UHGV virus genome: UHGV-0210678
DNA length: 42,848 nt
DNA from: a virus
Direction: 5' to 3' (one strand)
This document shows, one piece after another, positions 1 through 6,811 of the stretch; the stretch's first letter is position 1, and every line of letters begins with the position of its first letter. The position numbers and the translations under genes are program-made. Under the pieces are notes generated by a model that was given only the letters and a program-made list of their open reading frames with translations, made no database searches and was not told where the DNA came from.

Positions 1-399
1 ATGGCATCTTCGGGAATTGGGAACCGTTTAAAAGAATTACGAAATATGCAAGGTAAGACACAAGATGAGGTTGCAAAATCAATTGGTATCAGTAGAGCTC
101 GATATTCACATTTAGAAAACGAACGTAACGAACCCGATAATGAACTACTAAAACTTCTTGCTAGCTATTATGAAGTATCGACTGACTATCTTCTTGGAAA
201 TAGTGAAAAAAGTCATAAATCTCCAGACTGGGCTACCGAGGCAGATCGTATTGATTTAGATAAGTTGCTCCAATCCAATACTCCAATGGGTTACGGTGAA
301 ATGAGCATGTCTCCTGAAGACCGTGAAAAAGTCCGCAATGTTATTGAAGGTATTTACTGGGATCGATTGAAAGAGCTTCGAGAAAAAGGAGAAAAGTAG
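1..399 (+). CDS. cpg: CI-like lysogeny repressor (XRE HTH), phi-g1e Cpg-like
   Basis: N-terminal XRE HTH (LKELR..TQDEVAKSIGISRARYSHLENERNEP). 132 aa, no S24 peptidase domain. RBS AAAGGAG at the window end; divergent from an 88-aa cro-like gene across GATAC boxes, as in phi-g1e. Confidence 0.9.
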   Translation: MASSGIGNRLKELRNMQGKTQDEVAKSIGISRARYSHLENERNEPDNELLKLLASYYEVSTDYLLGNSEKSHKSPDWATEADRIDLDKLLQSNTPMGYGEMSMSPEDREKVRNVIEGIYWDRLKELREKGEK

Positions 400-407
400 G
401 TGTATCT

Positions 408-839
408 ATGCGATACGACACGTATCTTAAAGTAGAACAACTTGCAGAATCCTTTGGCACATACGATCCGTTTACAATTTCAGAAAAATTAGGATTCAAA
501 GTTCACTTTAAGGATATTGGTTCAAATGTGGGGTTTTGCACTTCAATATTAGGAACCACAGAGATAATTATTAGTGATAGTCTTCAAGATTCACCTGCTA
601 GGCTTCCGGTTATGGCTCACGAATTATGTCATGGTATTGAGGACACGGCCTGTGTTTCTTGGTACACACTTGGTGACTATCAGAAAAACAGTGCTGAGTA
701 TAAAGCCAATGCCTTTGCATGCCAAGAATTGGCGAAGCTATACGAAGAAGAATACGATGAATTACCTGATAGTTTCAATGCACTAAAAAATGCGTACGGA
801 TTACCAGATGAATTTTTGGAGTTTTTTTCGTTTTCGTAA
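408..839 (+). CDS. ImmA/IrrE-family Zn metallopeptidase (probable repressor-cleaving protease)
   Basis: HExxH motif (AHELCH), downstream E..AN.FA motif, directly after a repressor lacking an autoprotease domain. Confidence 0.88.
   Translation: MRYDTYLKVEQLAESFGTYDPFTISEKLGFKVHFKDIGSNVGFCTSILGTTEIIISDSLQDSPARLPVMAHELCHGIEDTACVSWYTLGDYQKNSAEYKANAFACQELAKLYEEEYDELPDSFNALKNAYGLPDEFLEFFSFS
412..426. promoter_or_regulatory. GATAC-box operator inside the start of the immA-like gene
   Basis: GATAC-GACAC-GTATC, the same 15-bp inverted repeat as those in the switch region. Confidence 0.75.
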
Positions 840-890
840 TGTGAGTTAAAATTTAATTATCATGGGGATTTCTATTTGGAGGAGTTTCAA

Positions 891-1817
891 TTGAAAAAGG
901 GACTAATTTTAGGAATTACATTGTTATCATTTGGCTTAGTAGGTTGTACCAACACAAGTACAAGTAGTTCTAGCCAAAATAGTAGCGATACTAGCAAAAC
1001 AGCAACTAAACAGCTTACAAACAAACAAGTAACAGCAATTTATAACACTACTATGAATGCTGAGGCTGATGTTTGGAGTAAGTTGACAGATTCAATTAAA
1101 AATAATGATAACGAAATGTCAGATGCAGTTAACAGCGCAGATACGGTGCTAACTAAAAATGAAGCTACTTTAAAACAGCATAAGAGTGAAGACGGTGTCT
1201 CTGATATGTCAAAATTAGTGCAATATTCACATACATTAATTGATGAATACATGGGACAACTTAAGCTTGATAAAAAAGGAAATAGCTTAATTTCAAAAGA
1301 AGCATTATTGAGTCAAAAAATAAGAAAGCAGTTTAATATTTCTGCTCCAACAAAACTAAATACCGCAATTAAGAGTGCAACAAAAGCAATAAATACAATG
1401 CCAGGCGTTTCTGGCAAAACAATTCGAACTACCAATTATACAATCACAATTACTTCGACAGAAATCACGCCACATTTTGAAGGTGGCACTGACTTGATTG
1501 TCTACTATACATTCAAAAATACTTCTAAGAATAAAAATATTGAGCCAACTGAATCACTTATCGAGGGTGCTCATTTTACTCAAGAAAGTAAAACGTCAAT
1601 CAATGACTTGGACCTCGGTAATCCTTCAAAGGACTCTGATGAATGGAGATCGCTTGAAAAAGCTGCGTCACAAAAAGTTAAACCAGGTGCCGAAGTAAAG
1701 TGTATGGGGAGCTATGAATTAGACAATACTGAATATCCCGTCAAAATCCAAGCTACTGATCCAGATAACAATGATGCCAAACTTGGTACAATAACTTTAG
1801 AGCTGCCAAATAACTAA
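891..1817 (+). CDS. Lipoprotein with C-terminal DUF5067-like (Ig-like) domain; superinfection-exclusion candidate
   Basis: RBS GGAGG then TTG at 891; lipobox LVGC; Ser/Thr linker; C-terminal VYYTFKNTS..KVKPGAEV motif. Confidence 0.75.
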   Translation: MKKGLILGITLLSFGLVGCTNTSTSSSSQNSSDTSKTATKQLTNKQVTAIYNTTMNAEADVWSKLTDSIKNNDNEMSDAVNSADTVLTKNEATLKQHKSEDGVSDMSKLVQYSHTLIDEYMGQLKLDKKGNSLISKEALLSQKIRKQFNISAPTKLNTAIKSATKAINTMPGVSGKTIRTTNYTITITSTEITPHFEGGTDLIVYYTFKNTSKNKNIEPTESLIEGAHFTQESKTSINDLDLGNPSKDSDEWRSLEKAASQKVKPGAEVKCMGSYELDNTEYPVKIQATDPDNNDAKLGTITLELPNN

Positions 1818-1884
1818 CACTTCTCGGTCGCTATCGAATGGAACACAGATAATCTGAATGCTAAGTATAATCAGTAACCCGAGT

Positions 1885-1974
1885 GACCAGATAGGATGTC
1901 GATAAAAGCTAGGAGTTTGGACTACTTATAATTTGGGGAGTTATTATTACTGGGGAATAAATTATATTGGAGGA
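1885..1974 (+). repeat. ~90-bp cassette leader, copy 1 (contains TATAAT and RBS)
   Basis: GACCAGATAGGA.GTC..TAAAAGCTAGGAGTT.GG.CTACTTATAATT.GGG...TGGGGAATAA...TTGGAGG, shared with 2959-3047. Confidence 0.85.
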
Positions 1975-1981
1975 AACATCA

Positions 1982-2542
1982 ATGAAAAAATACAGTGTTT
2001 TATTACTAGCTGGAATAACCGCATTGTCGCTCACCGCATGCGGAAATAATAATAGTTCTAAAACTAATTCCGTTAATAGCTCCAAGGCAGAAAAAGTTTC
2101 ATCAACAAAATCGACTGATCCGTCAAATGATAAATGGACGTTTAAAGATAATGTTTTCTCAGCCGGAATTGAAACTTATAAATTTACGAAATCGGAAATC
2201 CGTGATGGCAGCGAAGACGGAACTAAAATTTTAGTTCTCTATTGTGACGTTACTAACAACTCTAAAAAGGAACAGGATCCTTCAAATATCTATACTGTAG
2301 TAAATGCTTATCAAAAAACAGATACAGCAAACAAACAACTTTTGCCCGGCACACCCAAATATGACGATAACGGTAATAATCCAATACAAAAATACGAAGA
2401 TGGCCTAAATGATAAATTGCTGCCAGGGAAAACAACGCAGGCGGCGGTTATGTTCAAGTTAGAGAACAAAAATGATGTAACGGTCAAATTCAATAACGCC
2501 AATTTCCAAACTATTGGGACAAAAACATATTCTGTAAATTAA
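1982..2542 (+). CDS. DUF5067-like lipoprotein
   Basis: Lipobox LTAC; LYCDVTNNSKKE..KLLPGKT motif paralogous to the previous gene's C-terminus. Confidence 0.8.
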   Translation: MKKYSVLLLAGITALSLTACGNNNSSKTNSVNSSKAEKVSSTKSTDPSNDKWTFKDNVFSAGIETYKFTKSEIRDGSEDGTKILVLYCDVTNNSKKEQDPSNIYTVVNAYQKTDTANKQLLPGTPKYDDNGNNPIQKYEDGLNDKLLPGKTTQAAVMFKLENKNDVTVKFNNANFQTIGTKTYSVN

Positions 2543-2596
2543 AATATTGGCTTGATTCTAACCGTAATAAACCATGTAAAGACTGGAGAATTTGTT

Positions 2597-2932
2597 ATGA
2601 AAAAGATGAGTATTGGTTTTGTAGCCATTATAGCTATAATTTTCACACTGGCTGGTTGTGGAAACAAAAAGCCTGATTATACTGCTTCAACAGCAGAATC
2701 AGCATTAAATGCTAATAAAGATATTGAGGGAAAAACCGTTCAATTCAAGATCAATAAAGTTGTTCCAAATAGCGCATTTGGTTATAACCTTGAAACTGGC
2801 AAGCACTTGAATTTCGTAAGTTCTGAAAATCCCAAGGTGAATAAAGGTGAAACAGTTACGGTAAAAGTTAAGAAGGCTAGCTCATCTGTGGGCTCTTGGG
2901 TTATCTCATACACAAATCTCAAAAAAAATTAA
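2597..2932 (+). CDS. Small lipoprotein (possible OB-fold)
   Basis: RBS GGAG, ATG at 2597, lipobox LAGC, beta-rich mature region. Confidence 0.75.
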   Translation: MKKMSIGFVAIIAIIFTLAGCGNKKPDYTASTAESALNANKDIEGKTVQFKINKVVPNSAFGYNLETGKHLNFVSSENPKVNKGETVTVKVKKASSSVGSWVISYTNLKKN

Positions 2933-2958
2933 CTAAAAAATGGCCATAGCAACCTATA

Positions 2959-3047
2959 GACCAGATAGGAAGTCATTAAAAGCTAGGAGTTGGGGCTACT
3001 TATAATTCGGGGAATTATTGTTATTGGGGAATAACATATTTTGGAGG
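2959..3047 (+). repeat. ~90-bp cassette leader, copy 2
   Basis: Close direct repeat of 1885-1974, ending at the RBS of the 3055 gene. Confidence 0.85.
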
Positions 3048-3054
3048 GATTACT

Positions 3055-3774
3055 TTGGAAAGCTTTTGCGCAATTATGTTTTTTTTCTCATTGATCGCAA
3101 TAGTATATTTTGCGATTCGTTGGATTATCAATCACTTTATAAAAAATGGTGTTAACAAGCCATACAAAAAATATACTTTTATTTCGCTTATAGCAGCCGT
3201 TCTATTTCTAACAGTAGGAACCATAGCCTCACCAACTCATCGATCAAGTGCAGATCAGACAAGCACTTCTAGCAGAATATCTTCTAAACACAAAAAGAAA
3301 AATACTTCCAATGAGTCAAAAAGAAAGGCTAGTATCAGTAAAGCTAACTCTATTAAAGAGAAGGATTCATCTGAAAGCGCCCTATCAAGCAGCAAAGAAG
3401 AATCTGCAAGTATTGCTGCCTCCAAGTCTGAATCCAAAGAGAATTCAGAGAGTATGGCTAGTTCTGAATCCGAAGCAAGCAAAAAGCAGTCTGAGGCAGA
3501 AAGCTCTTCAATAGCTAAAGCCAGTTCAGAATCATCAGTTGCTAGCTCGTCATCAGCTAAAAAAGCGAGCGAAACAAGTACTACAGACAATGCTTCTTAT
3601 ACACAAAACGGTGGTTGGACTACTGCTGCTTCTGGTATGGTTTTTGTATCAGACTCCAATAAGTACTACACCAGCGTTAAAAATCCAGGTAATTACCAAT
3701 ATATGACCCAGAGTGCTGCTGATAATTCTGGTGCCAAGCCAGCACCACGGGGCAATCAATACGCAAGACCATAA
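3055..3774 (+). CDS. Membrane-anchored surface protein with Ser/Ala/Lys-rich stalk and small C-terminal domain
   Basis: TTG start after GGAGG; two hydrophobic N-terminal segments; long low-complexity linker. Confidence 0.75.
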   Translation: MESFCAIMFFFSLIAIVYFAIRWIINHFIKNGVNKPYKKYTFISLIAAVLFLTVGTIASPTHRSSADQTSTSSRISSKHKKKNTSNESKRKASISKANSIKEKDSSESALSSSKEESASIAASKSESKENSESMASSESEASKKQSEAESSSIAKASSESSVASSSSAKKASETSTTDNASYTQNGGWTTAASGMVFVSDSNKYYTSVKNPGNYQYMTQSAADNSGAKPAPRGNQYARP

Positions 3775-3781
3775 CAGGTCC

Positions 3782-3800
3782 AAGCCCTCGTCGGGGCTTT
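3782..3800 (+). terminator. Hairpin just upstream of tRNA-like element 1
   Basis: AAGCCC-TCGTCG-GGGCTT-T with only a short U-tract. Confidence 0.5.
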
Positions 3801-3803
3801 CAC

Positions 3804-3889
3804 GCGAGCGTAGTTCAACGGTAGAACGGTGCTCCTTTGAATTGCTAACTAGATACTAACAGATGTAGGTTCGACTCCTGCCGCTCGCA
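3804..3889 (+). ncRNA. tRNA-like element 1 (37-nt insert in place of the anticodon/variable arm)
   Basis: Acceptor GCGAGCG/CGCTCGC-A, D arm GTTC-AACGGTA-GAAC, T arm GTAGG-TTCGACT-CCTGC; insert 3828-3864. Confidence 0.85.
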
Positions 3890-3924
3890 TTGTACGTTAA
3901 TAGCAAATAATTATGGAGGCAGCT

Positions 3925-4113
3925 ATGAATATTGATATCACAAAACTATTAGATTGGGGATTGATAGTACTATCTCTTTACTTAGTTGTGGATACACTTC
4001 TGCAAACAAATCATAACAACCCCTACAACATGTTTATAATAACCCTCAAATTAATAGTTGCCATCATCGTGGGATTGTTTGGTATGTACACAACTTTTTA
4101 CAACATCTATTGA
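3925..4113 (+). CDS. 62-aa two-TM membrane protein between tRNA-like elements 1 and 2
   Basis: GGAGG at 3915-3919, ATG at 3925, two hydrophobic helices. Confidence 0.7.
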   Translation: MNIDITKLLDWGLIVLSLYLVVDTLLQTNHNNPYNMFIITLKLIVAIIVGLFGMYTTFYNIY

Positions 4114-4128
4114 AACTTCTGTTAACAC

Positions 4129-4220
4129 GCGAGTGTAGTTCAACGGTAGAACAATTATTTGCACACTTCTCATAGGTCTCACATCCTATATTGATGCAGG
4201 TTCGACTCCTGCCGCTCGCA
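4129..4220 (+). ncRNA. tRNA-like element 2 (43-nt insert)
   Basis: Acceptor GCGAGTG/CGCTCGC-A, D arm identical to element 1, T arm GCAGG-TTCGACT-CCTGC; insert 4153-4195 unrelated to insert 1. Confidence 0.85.
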
Positions 4221-4267
4221 TTGTAACAAATAACCCATACTACCGCTTACTTTAGCACGTACATCAC

Positions 4268-4354
4268 GTGGGCGTAATTCAATGGTAGAATAACGATTTC
4301 AGCCCTTCTCTCTCGTTTGAAATTGTTATGTAGGTTCAATCCCTGCCACCCACT
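4268..4354 (+). ncRNA. tRNA-like element 3 (38-nt insert forming a 10-bp stem with a 16-nt pyrimidine-rich loop)
   Basis: Acceptor GTGGGCG/CACCCAC-T, D arm ATTC/GAAT, T arm GTAGG-TTCAATC-CCTGC; insert 4292-4329. Confidence 0.8.
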
Positions 4355-4377
4355 TTTAAAAGAAAGAAGGTAAGATT

Positions 4378-4554
4378 ATGGATAAAGATATGTCGAAATA
4401 TGAACTCATAGATAACATTACTAATGACTTAACCTCTTTTATTAATCTGTATGCTTTCGTTTATCTTACAAAAGATAGCTACTCAAGGAAAGAATGTGGC
4501 CGCATAATCCAAGGAATGGAAAGAGATATGGTTGATCGTCTTAAGCAAAAATAA
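4378..4554 (+). CDS. 58-aa hypothetical protein (MDKDMSKYEL...RLKQK), absent from the ORF track
   Basis: RBS AGAAAGAAGG at 4361-4370, ATG 4378, TAA 4552-4554; fills the gap between element 3 and tRNA-Gly. Confidence 0.65.
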   Translation: MDKDMSKYELIDNITNDLTSFINLYAFVYLTKDSYSRKECGRIIQGMERDMVDRLKQK

Positions 4555-4611
4555 TTGTAGGTACATTCTAATTAACTGTTGAGCCGACCAAAACCCATTG
4601 TTGGCTCTTAT

Positions 4612-4682
4612 GCGAGTGTAGTTTAGTGGTAAAACGACAGCCTTCCAAGCTGTAGTCGCGGGTCCGATTCCCGTCACTCGCT
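4612..4682 (+). tRNA. tRNA-Gly(TCC), T-loop variant TCCGA, no encoded CCA
   Basis: Full cloverleaf: GCGAGTG/CACTCGC-T, anticodon stem ACAGC/GCTGT with loop CT-TCC-AA. Confidence 0.9.
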
Positions 4683-4742
4683 TTAGACCATCATTAACAG
4701 TCAAAAATTCAGGAAAACAAAAAGTATCGGAGGAGTCTAACA

Positions 4743-5606
4743 ATGAGTGAACCAGAAGAAGCCACACATAATGCTAAAGTGATTTCGTTTATTAATATGA
4801 AAGGTGGAGTTGGAAAAACAACCCTATGTGTTGGGTTAGGCGAATACTTGGCTAAGTTTAAAAACAAACGAATATTATTTGTAGATATGGATCCTCAATT
4901 CAATACAACTCAATCTATTATGGACTTATTTGACTTAACAGACAAATACATGAACGATTTCAGAACGAGCAGAAGCATTCGTCAGATATTTAAAGATACA
5001 CAAACAATTTCAGAAATTCCTACGCTTCCTACTTTAGCCGATCTTGCTATTGATCTACATTCTAATGCTCAAGAACCTAATATGAGCATTATATGTGGCT
5101 CTATAGACTTAATAAAAGATGATGACAGCAGGAAGTCAAAATTTAAGCGTCTGCATAAATTTTTAAAAACTAAAGATGTTATTGATAATTTTGACTACGT
5201 ATTTATCGATTGCCCGCCTACAATTTCTTTTTATACCGATTCTGCACTATTTGCATCCGACTACTATATAGTACCAACAAAAATAGATCGTTATTCTACA
5301 TTAGGTGTCAGTTTACTATATAATGTTATTAAACAACTTGAGTTTGATGAAGATACAACGTTAAAAAGCCTAGGAATTATTTATACAAATGTTCCAAACG
5401 AGACAACTCAAAAGTCTAATAAAATACGTGATATTTTTGAAGAAGCTGATTTTGTAAGCGAATTAGGGTTATTTAAAAATGTTACACATCAAGTTCCTGA
5501 TTTAATGTTTGGCAAACAGGGCAATATATCATCTCACTATAAAAAGTCTAGAGATGACATGAAATTAATAGCAACAGAATTTTTAACTAAATTTGGAGAT
5601 GAATAA
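4743..5606 (+). CDS. ParA/Soj-family ATPase
   Basis: Deviant Walker A KGGVGKT, A' motif VDMDPQ, Walker B FIDCPP. Confidence 0.9.
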   Translation: MSEPEEATHNAKVISFINMKGGVGKTTLCVGLGEYLAKFKNKRILFVDMDPQFNTTQSIMDLFDLTDKYMNDFRTSRSIRQIFKDTQTISEIPTLPTLADLAIDLHSNAQEPNMSIICGSIDLIKDDDSRKSKFKRLHKFLKTKDVIDNFDYVFIDCPPTISFYTDSALFASDYYIVPTKIDRYSTLGVSLLYNVIKQLEFDEDTTLKSLGIIYTNVPNETTQKSNKIRDIFEEADFVSELGLFKNVTHQVPDLMFGKQGNISSHYKKSRDDMKLIATEFLTKFGDE

Positions 5607-5609
5607 TCT

Positions 5610-5972
5610 ATGGAATTTAATTTAATGCCATTAAATGAATTTAATAAACTGGCAAAAAAAGATCAACCGACATATTTTTATGGGGCTATTTCACAAACAA
5701 TCTTCTCTTTTAATGGTAATAAGGAAATTCCATTATTTTTAAAAACCACATTTAACATTGAATTTAAAGATTATGTTTTTCGTGCAAAACCATTAATTGT
5801 TTCTAGAACAATTAAGATTTTTTTTAATGATTCAAGCATCAATTTTAAGGAACAATATAAAAAATTGCTGAACTATTATGCAAATCAGAAAGATGGTTCC
5901 ACCACCAATAAAACTCCTAATAAAAAAAGCAATGCTAACGATTATTTAGAGAAGTGGCTTCGAGGAATATGA
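5610..5972 (+). CDS. Hypothetical ParA partner protein (not recognisably ParB)
   Basis: Starts 3 nt after the parA-like stop; AT-rich; 120 aa. Confidence 0.75.
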   Translation: MEFNLMPLNEFNKLAKKDQPTYFYGAISQTIFSFNGNKEIPLFLKTTFNIEFKDYVFRAKPLIVSRTIKIFFNDSSINFKEQYKKLLNYYANQKDGSTTNKTPNKKSNANDYLEKWLRGI

Positions 5973-6634
5973 GAGACTCTAATTTCACTGCACTCATTAA
6001 CGATAGAAATAACGCATTTAAAATAATATTTAGTGTTCGGTCAAACTTAAGTGATGATTCACAGAAAATTTTAAAAGAGTCAATTTTTAGAATAGTTTCA
6101 TATAAATATTTCTGGTATTCCAAAGAGTCTTACAAATTTTGCCGACTTTTTATTTCTGACTTAGTTATTGCACTGACACTTTTATGTAAAAAAGATAAGC
6201 GTATTTTTTACGTGTATTTAAGATCAAGCATAGAAGCTTTTTATAATTGTGCAAACATGATCGATGAACAAAACATAGAAAATGATTCAAGTAGTTATTT
6301 TAAGGCAAAGAAAAAATTCAAAAATCTAATTTCTACCCAAAAAGGTTTTCAATTTCTTGAATCTTTTGAAACGCTAAACGAGAGCTATAAACAAATAAGT
6401 AATGTAATACATCGAAATGTGTATACACAAGATAAATTAACAGTGTACATGAATGAATATTTTAAAACCGATGATTTTGAAGATTCAATAGAAATTGCTC
6501 AAGCAATAGAATTACTAGATACTTTAACTGAAATATATTCTTCCTTTTTTCTAACATCTCCATCATTCAAGAATATTCTAGAAGACAGTTTCTACAGAAG
6601 AAAAACTTTGCTTCGTGAAATACAAAAATACTGA
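5969..6634 (+). CDS. Helical protein with HEPN-like signature; candidate effector
   Basis: ATGA overlap with the previous stop; LRSSIE and YKQISNVIH motifs. Confidence 0.6.
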   Translation: MRDSNFTALINDRNNAFKIIFSVRSNLSDDSQKILKESIFRIVSYKYFWYSKESYKFCRLFISDLVIALTLLCKKDKRIFYVYLRSSIEAFYNCANMIDEQNIENDSSSYFKAKKKFKNLISTQKGFQFLESFETLNESYKQISNVIHRNVYTQDKLTVYMNEYFKTDDFEDSIEIAQAIELLDTLTEIYSSFFLTSPSFKNILEDSFYRRKTLLREIQKY

Positions 6635-6754
6635 TTTAAGCAAAATCCCATTTAGGAGTTTTATTTAAAGATGATTTGTCAAATTAAGTACAACATTAGA
6701 TTCCAGTACTTCTTACCTTATACCCCATGATGGGGTATATATTTTGAGTTAAAA

Positions 6755-6768
6755 AGAACATACGTTTG
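6755..6768. promoter_or_regulatory. Firmicute LexA (SOS) box upstream of int
   Basis: AGAAC-ATAC-GTTTG matches GAAC-N4-GTTY; palindrome TATACCCCA-TGA-TGGGGTATA nearby at 6719-6739. Confidence 0.65.
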
Positions 6769-6811
6769 GGAATGTCAACCTATTGTTATTTCCAGTTGGG
6801 AGGAATAAAAC

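Noticed and set aside
1891..1899. 9-nt complement of insert 2 in the cassette leader (ATAGGATGT)
   Set aside because: Short, not conserved in the second leader copy, and upstream of the putative -10.
3804..4354. CRISPR array or ordinary/intron-containing tRNA genes
   Set aside because: The repeats are split tRNA halves, spacing is irregular and there are no cas genes. I could not form a canonical 5-bp/7-nt anticodon arm, and the inserts are far too short for self-splicing introns.
4483..4767. 94-aa minus-strand ORF
   Set aside because: Antisense shadow of tRNA-Gly and the 58-aa ORF (RVTGIGPATTAWKA is a typical reverse-tRNA translation).
4743..5972. Plasmid-type ParAB partition system
   Set aside because: The partner is not recognisably ParB or RHH, no centromere repeats are seen, and the phage has int and attP. 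Not fully excluded.
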